Part shown: positions 40,833 through 54,601 of the stretch, in pieces | Layout of the letters: each line of letters begins with the position of its first letter | Numbering within the stretch: position 1 is the first letter of the stretch | Source: Camelus dromedarius | Taxonomy: Eukaryota | Direction: 5' to 3' | Assembly (NCBI RefSeq): GCF_036321535.1 | Contig: NC_087437.1 | Coordinates: 4,154,001-4,218,000 of the forward strand | Length of the DNA: 64,000 nucleotides | Made by a program: the position numbers and the translations under genes | The notes under the pieces: model-generated | Seen by the model: the letters and a program-made list of their open reading frames with translations, nothing else | Database searches by the model: none | Told to the model about the DNA's origin: nothing

Positions 40833-42357
40833 TTTTAGCTGTCTAGCCTTCCACTCAGCTCCAAACTGGTGCCCACCTTCAGAGCAGAACCATGACAGAA
40901 AAGAGGGAGAAAAAAATGAGGATATTTTCCACCATCTTTGACACACAAAGGCCCCTTTATTCTAGTTTTTCTGCCCAGAAATATGGGGCCCCTATCACGT
41001 TTTAGCCACCTGCCCCACTGCCACCATGCAGCTCCAGGCCTGGGGCTCCGCCCCAAGCCAAAAGAGAACAAAGCAAACGGGAAAGTCACGGCCCTTCACA
41101 GTATCTGCTTTCACTTCTCAGAGTTGCTTTTTGTGTTTTGTCCGGAGTTTTCCGCTGTCATCACTGGGAGAGACCAAGTGGGCTCACTCCGTCCAGAGGC
41201 CAAAGCAGGATGAGTTCTTCTCGACCGCACCAGCTGTTTCATCATGCTTAGGTTTATTTTTCCTTTTCATACATCTTCTCTCTCCTGTCTAAATTTTTTG
41301 TACTTCCTCTATCCTCAGTTCTTGTTTTCCATCACTTTGCTGACTGTATTCTACAGCTGTATCTACAATTATACCCGCATCTAATATATACATAGTATAT
41401 ATAATACATAACATGTAATCTACATTGTATATGTGTGAATGAGGTACACATACATGCATAGCATTTTACACACACACTGCACACCATACATGTATAATAT
41501 TTTATTGTATAACTACACCCACATTTATTTACCATATCTGTTGTTGGGCATTTTTGTTCCCACTCTGAGCCCACTACAAATGGTTCTGTTATGGACATTC
41601 TGGTACCTGACTCTTTGTGAATACATATTTTTCTGTGGGGTATATACATTGGCTAAAATTAGTGGGTCAGAGGATCTGCATATTTTCAGCTCTAGGAGGT
41701 ACCTGGGCATATTTATTTTTACAATAATGTCTCCCAGGATTTTGGTACACAGCAGAGATTGAGCAGAAAGCTGCCCTAGAACCTCCTATGGCTGCCTCTT
41801 CCCCATCTCCTGTTTTCTCTCTAGCTGTCGGTCCATGGCCATTTCACCAGGCAGCCTAGAAGCCCCCCTCAGCCTTCACAGAGATCTCAGAACCACCGCA
41901 GCACTGTCCTCTCCAGGCTCCGGGGAGCTGGGGCTCAGCCGGGAGCCGGCATCTCAGACCAGGAAAGCCCTCATCACTAAGGGAGACAGCAGCCCCCAGG
42001 TGTTCAGACTCTGTAGACTGGTCCCCTCAGCTCCCCGCCTCCATGAGAGAGCAGGGCTCCTCCTGCCCCCACAGGACCTGCAGTCCTATCGTACCCCCTA
42101 TCACATTCTGTTCCTTGTCCCCACACCGGGCATTTATATCTCATTCTGGTTTTGCCAACACCAGTGTCTCCCCCTTTGGCCCTTCAGACATTTTACCTCC
42201 TTTGCCCCTTGTTTTGGGGACCCCTGTAGCCCTAGATGATAAGCCCCTCTATTCTACCATCTCCATTGTCCCCGTGTGTTCTCACCGCTCACCCTCTACA
42301 GGGGAAAATCCAAACAAAGGCACTTCAGGATCGTCAACTCTACTGCGTCAAGGTTAC

Positions 42358-42614
42358 CTTTTTTATCTTGCTGTCTGTTGTCTGCTGCAGCTGTGAGTTC
42401 TTCTGAATGTGCCTCGTCCTTGTCTTTCATCAGCTCCCCAGGAGGTGAAAGCATGTACCACCTCTGGATCAGATCAGTGCTGGTCCCAGAACCATTCCTA
42501 CGACTGTCCCCTAATTCAGAGAGCTGCTGCTGCTGCTGCTGCTGCTGCTGGGACCCGAATTCACCCAAAGGCTCCCAGTGCTCCGTCTCTATTTCATACA
42601 CCTCAGGAATGAGG
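42358..42614 (-). CDS. COL6A5: COL6A5 penultimate coding exon (257 nt, phase 2 to 1), LIPEVYEIETE...SQ9LSELGDS...QQDKK
   Basis: Acceptor ttttctctgtcacctcag|C, donor AAG|gtaacc; 85 full codons; lies inside ORF 42296..42682. Confidence 0.92.
42524..42550 (-). repeat. Coding (CAG)9 trinucleotide repeat
   Basis: Nine perfect CTG units on the plus strand, in frame as Gln in the COL6A5 exon. Confidence 0.97.
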
Positions 42615-43347
42615 CTGAGGTGACAGAGAAAAGCGATGAGATATATGTTAGCCAAGCCCCTTGCAGGATTCAGCGTAAACACAGCCAGGTAACAGAACAG
42701 GAATCAGTCTGATGCGCATGATTTGAATAGTCCAGATGCAGTTTGTGGATGAAACTTGACTGAGGGGCATTTGTTTTTTTAATATTCCAAGACATTTGTG
42801 TCAGTGGCTTAGGGCTCCAAACTGATGTTACCTTCATCACTGACTGCTTATTGAGTACTTAGGGTTGGACTTTGCAAAATCAAACTTAAAAGAGTCTTTC
42901 CTGCCAGTGTTCACAGGGATTCCATTTTAGAAACAGCAAATGTTTTTGTTGCTTCTTTGTGAGTTTTTCTTTTGCATCTGTTTCTTTTGCTCTAACATTG
43001 TTACATCTAACCTTTGACCTTAGAAGTTTTCTGTTGTGGCAGGACCCCATATTTGAACAATATCATATATCTACTAATAAGTATTAAGAAGGGCTTCTTT
43101 TTCCATAAAAGCTACAGACATGGAAATACTGTTCTTTCTAATACGAATCATTCTGTCTGCTAGTAACACCAGATCTGTGCTGTTGTCACAAATCAGGAGC
43201 ATTTAACACACACATACACACACACACACCTCACCCCACAGCCAAACTTGCATCTCAAAAACTAAAATGCCATTTATTTCAACTGATCGTCTTAAGGACC
43301 GTTTCTGGCTGTAGTCCCACCCGAGCTGTGAATACGTGTCAACTCAC

Positions 43348-43444
43348 AACACAGTGTTTTCTGTGCCATCATCCTCTGAGTGGGGAGCAGTGACGTTAAC
43401 ACACCGGGGTCTCAGATCTGCAGGGGGATACGTGTTGATGGCGC
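43348..43444 (-). CDS. COL6A5: COL6A5 coding exon (97 nt, phase 1 to 2), AINTYPPADLRPRCVNVTAPHSEDDGTENTV
   Basis: Acceptor ctctctctccag|GC, donor TT|gtgagt; the frame continues from the VWA exon. Confidence 0.93.
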
Positions 43445-44475
43445 CTGGAGAGAGAGTGGGCTGGTTAGTCTAAACATTACCCTTCCTCATTTGGACTATC
43501 ACTCAAAGTCAGGTCATCTTCCCCTGTGGCTGGAGGTGTTTTTTAGAGCAAATTAATCCTATAAGGGACTCAGCCAAGCAGGCAGCCTCTGATGCTGCAA
43601 TACCTCCTTGGCCAAGCCAACGAGACCCAGCAGCGATGGGGTCCAGAATTCTCCCCCTCTGCGTGTCACCAGCTTGTGATACAATTCCAGGATCTCTCTG
43701 AATCTCTTCTATCATCTGTTTCTCTCCCTTTAAAAGGAGGATCTTTCTGAAGACAGTATTAGCCATTGAAATTGACTACCCGATTTATCTCGCGGTTGGA
43801 AGAAGGCACTTTCTTTTTGCAAGTGACAAGCTTGCTACTAAATATAAATCCAGACTTCCAAGATTTCTGAGGGTTCCGTGAGCCCTGGGCTACGTGAGGG
43901 CTGGAAAATCTGCATCCCTGGGACTCCCCGCTGAACTTGCTGGGGCTGCAGACCACTGCTCGGTGTGGCCTCTGCCGCATCCTGATTCCCAGCAGAGGCC
44001 AGGCCGCGCTTGATGCTGTGGGCTCTCAGGTTTGCTACTGTAACCGTGTCTGCAATTACAACTTAGGGACAGTGGTGGGCAGCCTCGCTCAAATCCCCAC
44101 TGTAGAAAAACAACCTTACAGCCCTTGCCTGGCTGTCCCTGAGCCAGCTGTCTGAGACGGAGTCTCTAGGAGAGATTCCTGTCCATGGCTCTTAAGAACT
44201 GAATTCAGAACCAAAACTGACAAGATAAAATAGAAATCTTTGGAGCAGGCGGGGGGACTGGGGGACAGTGTTTACTGCAGCGGTCTACACCTCGTTAAGG
44301 CGTTAGTGACTGAAGTGTAGCTTAATGAACGAGGGCAGGGCTCTGAGCTCAGGATGCCTGGGGTTAAGCCTACAATTTGCCAGCTCTTAACTGTGCGCTT
44401 TCGTGCCATTTATTTAATGTCTCTGAACCTCAGTTTTCTCACTTGTAAAGTGGGGATGCTAATACTTTCCTGTGA

Positions 44476-44600
44476 TGGATGGGTACAGCTCAGCAGGAGA
44501 GTGCAGGCCTAAGTATGCACGAGGTCCTGGGGTCAGTCCCTAGTACCTTCATTAAAAAAAAATTGTAAATCAACTACACCTCAATAAAACTATTTTTAAA
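44476..44600 (+). mobile_element. tRNA-derived SINE joined to an L1 3' terminus, inside a MIR
   Basis: SINE head, an A run, then ttgtaaatcaactacacctcaataaaa. Confidence 0.78.
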
Positions 44601-44914
44601 CTTAATACCTCCCTTTGAGGGCTGTCCTGAGGATTAAATGATACCATAATCGAAAAAGCTTGGCACATAGTAAACACTCACAGATTAGGGTTAAAAGACA
44701 CCTTTCACTTTCTGGCAAAGACCTTGACAGGACAGCAGCAAAGGTCAAGGTCACTAAGACCTGGGATTTTTCTCTGTGGTTTTCTCATTGCCTTCTAGAC
44801 TGCACCACTCTTGACCCAAGTGGGGATCGTGGATTAGATCCCACTAGTGAATTAGACACAGAGACATTGAATCTATTGCAAATGCAATAGAAGAGGAAAA
44901 CTTCAACGACTTAC

Positions 44915-45604
44915 GTCTGATTGAATGAACAAACGGCTTGACAAATTTGACGATATAGTCCAAGTCTGGCTTGTGGGACCGGCCAAGCTGGACCAAGTGA
45001 TGATCCAGTGGGTGGCTGGCTAATTCTTCTAGCTCCTTGTCGTCATGCACAGGACCAAAGGAAAACACAAATATGGAGTAGCCCTGACACTTGGCACTCA
45101 GAGACACATTTCTTAAAACTTCCTTGTCTAAAGGGTTGGTTTCACCAGCAGATATGACAAAGATCACTTTGTTTTTCCTGAGGTTGGGGGTTCCTACAAA
45201 AACATTGTCCACTGTCCACTGTAGGGCCTGGCCAATAAAAGCATCTCCATTGAGCTGCTGGAGAGAGTCTTGGAGATGCTGTTTCATTTGGTGTCTACTG
45301 TTGTAAGTGACCAAATCGAATTCCAGGTAGACGGGGCATTCTTCAGTGTTGGGCATGTAGCCTGGAGGAGAGTAGGTCAGGACTGCTACCCTGTCTCCCA
45401 GCATGGAGATCAGTGGGTCTGGGGCCACGTGGAAGTAATCAAGCACCGAGGTTACAAACGCTTTCACATCCTTAAACTCATCCTTTCCTACTCTTTGGGA
45501 AGCATCTATGAGGAAGGCCACATCCATGTAATATTCTTGAAGAGAGGCAGTGCTAGGTTCATAAGCAAGACCTGGTTCTTCTTTTCTGCCATGGTTTTCA
45601 TGTC
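44915..45604 (-). CDS. COL6A5: COL6A5 exon encoding the last VWA domain (690 nt, phase 1 to 1)
   Basis: Lies in ORF 44844..45623: YMDVAFLIDASQRVG...KVIFVISAGET...ELASHPLDHHLVQLG, a VWA-type sequence with a degenerate MIDAS (DxSxR). Acceptor ttattctgttgcag|GA, donor C|gtaagt. Confidence 0.97.
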
Positions 45605-45741
45605 CTGCAACAGAATAACTCAAGTCACTGTTTTTAGTAGAAGGATAAACTTGGAACTCCTAGCCAAGGATGGCAGATACACAGCATGGGGTGTCTTCAT
45701 GCTTCCTTCATGCTTCCTTCCCACACCTGCGGCAGATCACT

Positions 45742-47165
45742 AGAATACAATAGAGAGCCCAGAAATAAGCCCGCACACTTATGGTCAATTAATCCATGAC
45801 AAGAATATACAACAGGGAAAGGAGTTTCTTCAATAAGTGGTGCTGGGAGAACTGAACAGCTACATGTGAAACAATGAAATTAGAACATTTTCTCATTCCA
45901 TATGCTAAAATAAACTCAAAATGGATTAAAGACCTAAATGTAAGACCAGAAACCATTAGACTCCTAGAAGAAAACATAAGAAAACAGTCTTTCATGTAAA
46001 TTGTAGCAATAATTTTTTTGGATCTGGCTCCTGGGTAAAGGAAACAAAAGCAAAAATTAACAAATGGAACCTAATTTAACTTAAAAGCCTTTGCACACCA
46101 AAGGAAACCATTGATAAAACAAAAAGCCTACTGATGGGGAGAATATATTTACAAATTATATGTTTCACAAAGGGTCAATATCCACATGAGATAAACAGCT
46201 CATAAAACTCAATATCAAAACAAACGAACAAACAACTCAATCAAAAAATGGGAAGAAGACCTGAATAGACCTTTTTACAAAAAAGACATACAGATGGCCA
46301 ACAGGCACAAGGAAGGATGCTCAACATTGCTAATCATCAGAGAAATGCAAATCAAAACCACAATGAGATATCACCTCACACCTGTGAGAATGGCTATTGT
46401 CAGAAAGTCTACAAATAAGAATGTTGGTGAAGATGTGGAGAAAATAGAACTCAAGAACATTGTTGGTGGGAATATACATGGGTGCAGTCACTGTGAAAAA
46501 CAGTATGGAGGTTTCTCAGAAAACTAGAAACAGAACTAGCAAAGGATCCAGCAATTCCATTCCTGGGTATGTATCCAATGAAAACAAAGACACTAATTGG
46601 AAATTATACACTCCAGCGTTCATAGCAGCACTATTTACAATAGGTAAGATATGGAAGCAAACTAAATGTCTGTCAACTGATGATTCGATAAAGAAGATGT
46701 GGCCCATACACGATGGAATACTATTCAGCCATAAAAAAGAGTGGGAACTTGCCATTTGCAACAACATGGATGGACCTAGAGGGTATTATTATGCTTAGTG
46801 AGATAAGTCAGACAGAGAAAGACAAATACTCTGTGTTTTCATTTTTATGTGGAATCTAAAAAATAAAACAAATGAATAAATATAACAAACCAGAAAGAGA
46901 GTCACAGATATAGAGAACAAACTAGTGGTGACCAGTGGAAGAGGGAAGGGGAGAGGGGTAAGAGAGGGGAAGAAGATTAAGAGGCACAAACTACTATGTA
47001 AAAAAGTAAATAAGCTACAGGGATATATTGCACCACACAGGGAATAGAGCAAATACTTTATAATAACTTTAAATGAAATACAATCTATAAAAATATTGAA
47101 CCACTATGTTGTATACATGAAACTAATATAATATTGTAAATAAACTATACTTCAATTAAAAGAAG
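45742..47165 (+). mobile_element. 5'-truncated L1 (ORF2 3' part and 3' UTR)
   Basis: [19 protein letters not shown] peptide and L1 3' UTR; starts about 140 nt from the VWA exon acceptor. Confidence 0.92.
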
Positions 47166-50100
47166 AGGGAGGATTGACTTATCATGTTAGTAAAATATTT
47201 TTTCATACACTGCCCACACCAGAAATGTTACTTCCCCCTCCCCTAGTTTTCTCTTTATAAGTGAGCAAAATCTCAATCCTTTTCCAGAGTACCCAGCAGA
47301 ACTATTTTCTAAGGAGGTGTATTTCACCTATAAAAATCTCTAGACCTAGGTTCTCTACCCACTCGCAGGACGAGCATGAGAGTCAAAGAAGGTAAATGCT
47401 AAAACTCTAAAATGTAGTCAAACACTCAGTAATCACCTATGATTATCCTACTTTGAGTCTAAATCATCTTACTTGGGGAGATTGGGTCTTCAAAAATATT
47501 TTCCTTCAAGAAAATTTGGCAGGAGTGTGGATAAAGTATATTTATAGCTCACAGCAGTTCTGTGTATTCTCTGGAAATGTCACCAACACACCGATCCCAT
47601 CTCCAACACTGGGAAGAATTTCCCCAGAATGGCAGATGAGGAAGAGCTGGCTCACTTCTCGTGGAACTGGCTTGAAAGGAATGGGGTATCCAGCTGGATT
47701 TCCACGGAAGCGCCCCCAGAGATTAGGTTAACTTTGGCTAAGATTTAAGCCACAGCGCCAAGTGTGCTCCAGTAACTTTCGGGAGAAGTGGAGGTGGAAA
47801 TGCTATTTAGGGGCAAGGGAGAATCTAAAGACTTGAGCCATTTGGACTGGGATTGCATATGCGTGTGAAGTAGCTACGCTGCCTTTCATGGAATTTGTGG
47901 GAAATCTCAAGATGTGCAATGAGTTATCTTGTGGTCTGCCTTGGAATCTGTTCAGGGGCCAAAATCAATCGTATGTTCTCCATTGGCAAGGCACACGGAT
48001 GACTGTAGCTCCTTGATGTGCACATCTCTGTCCACATGAACTGTAGTAGCTATTTTTCCAGTTAACCCTTTTTATAAGACTTTCCACGAGGCTGATACAC
48101 ACACACACACACACTTATACATGTATGTACATATATGTATAACTGTATCACTTTGCTGCACACCTGAAACTAACATTGCAAATCAACTACACTTCCATAA
48201 AAAAATAAAATAAAATAGACTTCCCACAAGGCTGGCGATGCTCTCTTCCATTTTCCCACTCTCAAGTGTTGAATTGAGCGCCCACTCTTCTCCCAGTCTT
48301 GTGCTCTGCTCCATGCCTGCCATCTCTCCCTTAATCTTCCACACAGCACTATGAGGGTGGAATTATCATGCCCATTCTACAGAGGAGCAAGCTGAGGCTT
48401 CGAGAGGCCAAACCATTTGGCCAAGAAATGACAGCCTGTATGTGGGACAGGCAGGATTTGCACCCAGCTCTGTGTCACTCACCCTGAAGAACTGGTCATC
48501 AGACATGAAGGTGGAGCAGACACATTGAGGGACACATCGGCCACCTCACCAGAGGTCCCAGGACCTGGTTTGAAGAACCAGGGTCTCAGTCAATGCTATT
48601 CCTTCTGACTGAAGCTATTAAAGAAAGTTTTCTTCCCAAAGTAGGCAGGTACACAAATTCAATAAAATTTGCAATTTTTAAAATTCTCCAGACATTATAG
48701 AGCAGTGGTTATGAGCGGAGTCTCTGGGGACCGAGTCCTGTCTAAATCATCTGTCAGCTCTGTGATCCCCACGTCTCTTCCATGCCTCGGTTGCATTACC
48801 TAAAATATTAGTAAAATTGTAATAATCAACTACAACCTTATAACATTTTGGAGAGAATTAAATAAAATGTTCACAGCGCCTGGCACATCCTAAATACACC
48901 ACAATTTTTAGAAAGAAGAAAACAAGTAGAAAGTCTTGGACACCTGGAAATCCTACCCACGATACTATATTCTCTGCAAACCAAAATTTCCAAAAAGGGC
49001 AAAGTCAGCTGGTACTCGTGGCACACAACTTACACGCATACCAGCACATGCTCTTGTGCTTACGCATGTGATGGCAGTAATTTACACGCCTCTCCAGCCA
49101 ACACCACCGACCCAGGCCTGTCTGGTGAGGTCACTGGTCGAGCTCGAGGTGGGTGCACACAGGAAGTAGGCACAAGCGTGTGTCTCGGACTGTGTGTCAC
49201 TGATTTTATGCCCACGGGAAATACTGATACATTTCAAATTCTCTCGTCTTGTGTCTGAGTCCCTCTCTCCTTGACTCTCCTGAACATGTAGGAGTCACTG
49301 TCTTAAAACAGAGTTCATTCTTTTCCCCAAAGACAGAGTAAATCTCTTTCTTGGCCTAGATCCTTAAGTCCACCAAATGAGTTATATGCAGGAATTTTTT
49401 GAAATTCAATTAATTTAGAAATAGAATTGTACCAACAAGATTATTTAAAAATAACTCTCCCAATGATGACATGATTTCACTTATTCTCAAATTTGGCAGC
49501 TGGAGAGATTTCCTCATTGTAAAGGCGGACAATGCCACTGTCAGACAGCACAGCCCACCACTGTCAAAAATTAGCATTTTTGTGAAGATGGGTGTGGACT
49601 TGAGTCCTGGCTCTGCTACTGACAAGCTGTGGTGTTTGGGGAGGCTCTGAATCTTTGCATCTGTGTCCTCATCTATAAGATGTAACAGTAATTATAATAA
49701 TGATGCTTTCTGGGGTAAAGGTTAAATGAAATCACATATATAAAGTGCTCAGCACAGTGCAAGGCACGTATTTGCGCTACATAAGCAGTGACTTCTGTGG
49801 TTACTATTATTCCTCACACATTGTTCATTCATCAAGTGAGACAGTGTCTGCAGTGCTCTGAGCGCTGTACGGCATGAAATAAATGCTGGCCTTCAAAGTG
49901 CTCCATCCACACTTTTTATTGAACTGAATACTTTCTGACTTGTTTAAGGTATTTTTTGTACACACAGAGTACACTCGATCAGACTACAAACTCCTTGAAG
50001 ACAGGGCTTCTGTCTGAATCTTAAAAATAAAAAATCTCTGCAACCCCCCAAAAGACTAGGTTGGGGCTTAATTCAGAACAGGAGCCAAATACATATTTGC

Positions 50101-51057
50101 TGTGTGAAAGGATGTCTGAATATTCATGGGAAAATCCATGGAAATGCTTAGCCGAGTTCCTTCATATAGTAAGTCCTCAGTGAGGGCTGCACCCACACCC
50201 CCACCATCACCCAATTACTACTTCAACTACCCAAGTTTTATTCCATTAGGAACAGGTCCATATGAAAAAAAGTGTCGCATTTAATACTCCAGAACAGTCG
50301 TTAGTTGCCACAAACGACTGCATGAGACATCAAGAAGCGACCTCAGTGAAGACAAATCGTCCACATACCCTCGACTCGCAGCTCACATTAGTTTCACCGC
50401 ATGAAAAGTCTTCAAGGAGAACACTCCAAACTATAACTTTACAATAAACTTCCAAGCAAAAGTAAATGCAATCACTTCAATCTACAGTTTAAAACGAACA
50501 GGAGACTCCGTTTATACCCCAAAGAGCATCAAGATAGTTGAGATTCCCCATAGAGTTCCTGAAACATGTCCTTCAAATTCAGACATGATCCCAATTCTAT
50601 TACTGACCCCTTTTGAATGTGTACTGATGAGACAGTAGGACATTCAGCTTGGTGGCTGTTCCAGTGTGTGACTCAGAGGCCAATCCTGTGGCATTTAATT
50701 TCAGTATATATTTAAATTCAGCAGAAGATATATATATTTAAGTTCAACACAGGACAGCAAAAATTAGAAGCAAGCTAAGTGTTCAACAAGAGGTAAAGAG
50801 CTAAAGTATTCATTCATTAAAGAATTAATGCATTGAAGTAACACTATAAGAACACAGAAAAATCAGTATGAAGCTTGCAGCAATATGTACAATGTATAAC
50901 ATATTATGTGCAAAGCAGGATATGCAGTTGAATAAAACTATGTAATCCTATATACCTATGGGAAAACCAAAGAATATATTCCACACTACAAATAGCTCAG
51001 TTTGCTAAATTGTTTGATTTGCAACTCTTTGTATTCAAATGTTACATTGTGTGATAG

Positions 51058-51305
51058 TATTTTTTTTTAAATTGAAGTATAGTTGATTGACAATGTTGTG
51101 TTAGTCTCTGGTGTACAACATGGTGATTCACTTATACACACATATAGAAATATAAACATATATTCTTTTTCACTATAGGTTACTACAAGATACTGAATAT
51201 AGTTCCCTGTGCTGTACAGTAGGACCTTGTTGTTTATCTCTTTTATACACAGTAGCGTGTATCTACAAATCCCAAATTCCCAATTTATCCCTCCCCATTC
51301 CCTAA
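51058..51305 (-). mobile_element. L1 3' end
   Basis: ttttaaattgaagtatagttgattgacaatgttgtgttag. Confidence 0.85.
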
Positions 51306-51429
51306 TTTTTTAAAACATTAGCAGAATCCTGAGGGTACAATGGGAAATGGCAAACAGGGTGTAGGAATCATGAGTGCTTATACCGAATCTTTGAGTTCCA
51401 TGACCTTGGGGGCATGAAGTTTTCTTCTA

Positions 51430-51630
51430 AAATAGTTTCTCTCATTATTGACAATCCAACGGGGTCATCCTTTGTTGGGGGGGGGTGTCCTGTACACTGT
51501 AGAATGTTTAGCAGCATCTGTGGCCTCTACCCACTAAATGCCAGAAGTACCTCCCGTAACGACAACTAAAAGTGTCTGTAGACACTGCGTAAGTCTCCCA
51601 GGGTTGGGGGGTGGGGGGTGGAATCAAGCT
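51430..51630. mobile_element. MER20-like element
   Basis: tgtcctgtacactgtagaatgtttagcagcatctgtggcctctacccacta. Confidence 0.8.
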
Positions 51631-51875
51631 GACTGTACAGCATAATCAGACTAAAGTTAGAAAAATAAAAATGTAAAATAAAATCCATGCAAATTCCCTT
51701 GAGCACAACTCCAGCCTAGTTGGAGGAGGGAAGTGTTGCTTCTCATTACTTCATAAAATTCATTGAAAAGAATATCAGTTGAAGTCATCCTAAAACCAGA
51801 GACTGCTTAAAGCTATGAGTGAGCCTTAGGCTGAGTTTGGGTTGGTATTCAACATTCATTAAAAATGATATTGTC

Positions 51876-53125
51876 CAAAGGCTTGATCTCCAGAATGTAT
51901 AAGCAGCTCATACGACTCAATAAGAAAAAAATAAACAACCCAATCCAAAAATGGGCAAAAGACCTAAACAAGCAATTCTCCAAGGAAGACATACAAATGA
52001 TCAATAGGCACATGAAAAAATGCTCCATATCACTAATTATCAGAGAAATGAAAATCAAAACTACAACGAGGTATCACCTCACACCAGTCAGAATGGCCAT
52101 CATTCAAAAATCCACAAATGACAAATGCCGGAGAGGCTGTGGAGAAAAGGGAGCCCTCCTACACTGCTGGTGGGAATGCAGTTTGATGCGGCCACTGTGG
52201 AAAACAGTGTGGAGATTCCTCAAAAGACTAGGAATAGACTTACCCTATGACCCAGGAATCCCACTCCTGGGCTTATATCCAGAAGGAACCCTACTTCAAA
52301 AAGACACCTGCACCCCAATGTTCATGGCAGCATTATTTACAATAGCCAAGACATGGAAACAGCCTAAATGTCCAACAATGTATGACTAGATAAAGAAGAA
52401 GTGGTATATTTTTACAATGGAATACTACTCAGCTATAAAAACCAACAACATGACACCATTTGCAGCAACATGGATGCTCCTGGAGAATGTCATTCTAAGT
52501 GAAGTAAGCCAAAAAGAGAAAGAAAAGTACCATATGAGATCACTCATATGTGGAATCTAAAAAAAAAAACAAAGCATAAATGCAAAACAGAAATAGACTC
52601 ACAGACATAGAATATAAACTTGTGGTTGCCAAGGGGGTGGTGGGGGGAGAGATTTCAATATTGTAGAATAGATAAACAAGATTATACTGTATAGCACAGG
52701 GAAATATATACAACATCTTATGGTAGCTCACAGAGAAAAAAATGTGACAATGAATATATACATGTTCATGTATAACTGAAAAATTGTGCTCTACACTGGA
52801 ATTTGACACAACATTGTAAAATGATTATAAATCAATAAAAAAAAGTTAAAAAAAAGAAAAAAACAAAAGAAAACAAACTTTTGGTTACCAAAGAGGAAAG
52901 GGAGGGGGGAGGGATAAATTAGGAGTAGGAATTAACAGATACAAACTACTATACATAAAACAGATAAGCAACAAGCATTTACTGTACAGCACAGGGAATT
53001 ATATTCAGTATCTTGTGATAACCTATAATGAAAAATAATCTGAAAAAATATTTATAACTGTATCACTTTGCTGTATGCCTAAAACTAACACAATATTGTA
53101 AATCAACTATAGTTCAATTAAATAA
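51876..53125 (+). mobile_element. Younger 5'-truncated L1 (to about 52865) followed by an older L1 3' UTR fragment
   Basis: ORF 51865..52389 is the ORF2 C-terminus; two successive poly(A) ends. Confidence 0.9.
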
Positions 53126-53798
53126 ATATATTCTGTCGCTAAAAAAGAAATATTGATTCCATTTTTAGATGAGAAAATTGAAGCTTAAAAATATTAAGTG
53201 ATTAACACATCTTTACATGGTTAGGATTCAAACCTGGCTATTTAATTAAGCCCCTCTATTTAACTTCTACTTCAACTCTGCAATATTTTACTTAATATTA
53301 TCAATCTTAAAAAGTGACTAAACTGATTACTCTACTTGAAGTATTATAAATGTACTGAAATTATGTGACAACAGAAAAGCAGCCTAAATTGTTAATATAC
53401 TTAATCTTGTTTCCAAGTTTTACATATTCACAAATATATGTGATTATCAATAATTATTGCAGATATCAGATAAAATAACTGTTAATGGCTTAAAATAGCT
53501 AACAAATGAATATATTGTCAACATCCTTTTCACAGGTTTTAGTTTATTTTCATATATAAAATGTTGTTTGGACCATGGAAAACTGATAGGAGCTTAAGCA
53601 CTGCTGATTTGTCACTTGCACAGATGTTTGCCATTTGGCAAATTATTAAATCTCTCTAAGCTTGTTTTCTTGACTGTAAAATGAGAACAGTATTGACCAT
53701 GTTATGAAGATTAGATGAGATACTGTATAGAAGTGCTTTCAGTCACTGTAGGTCTTTAATAAATACTAGGTATTATGGAAAAAAAAATGATCTTGTCC

Positions 53799-53944
53799 AG
53801 ATCTTGTGGTAGCTCACAGCAAAAAAAAAAAAGTGACAATCAATATATGTATTTCATGTATAACTGAAAAATTGTCCTCTACACTGGAATTTGACACAAC
53901 ATTGTAAAATGACTACAACTCAATAAAAAAATGTTAAAAAAAAA
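53799..53944 (+). mobile_element. Very short L1 3' end with TSD atcttgtcc
   Basis: Same 3' terminus as the younger L1s; atcttgtcc on both sides. Confidence 0.85.
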
Positions 53945-54601
53945 TCTTGTCCCTCTTTAATCTTGAAAGTAGACTAACTGTATCTTAATTATTAGTTAAC
54001 CTAGCATCTTTGATCAAAATGCTAGGCTCACCACTGGGTCATTAGTTGCAATTCATTTGGAATTAAACCATCCAGTTTTCGTTACATAATTCCAAAGAAC
54101 TATGTGTATTCCACTGGTAAGTAATTACGAGGAACTGAATTTTCCAACGAATTTTTATATCGTGGATGTCGTGGTCAAAATGCGTAATAGTATCTCCAGA
54201 TAATCTCTACCTGTTTGAATCTTAAAAATGTTCTGTTAGATGTTGGATGGATGGGTGGATGGATGGATGGATGGATGGACAGCAATCTTGGATGTGCAAA
54301 GCAAAATTATAATGCAGTTCACCTGGAATCCTTTGGAACTAGGCATTCTTACTTCTGTTCCGTGAGACTGATTACCCAATTGCTTTTAGCTGAGAACACA
54401 GAGCAACTTTGGCAGCAGGAGCAGCAGGTCTTCAGCCTCAGCCTGCAGCAGAATCACCTGCATGGCTTGTTAAGACTGACGGCTGAGCCCCACCCCCGGA
54501 GTGTCTGCTTCAGTCTGGGATGAGCGCCTGTCAACCACGTTCCCAGATGGTGCTGATGCTGCTGGCTTCAGGACACAATTTGAGAATCCCTGGGATAGTG
54601 A

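Noticed and set aside
41785..41825. Nearby alternative terminal exon for COL6A5
   Set aside because: The candidate AG acceptors have purine-rich upstream sequence and no polypyrimidine tract.
45270..45743. 157-aa plus-strand ORF
   Set aside because: Antisense shadow of the COL6A5 VWA exon.
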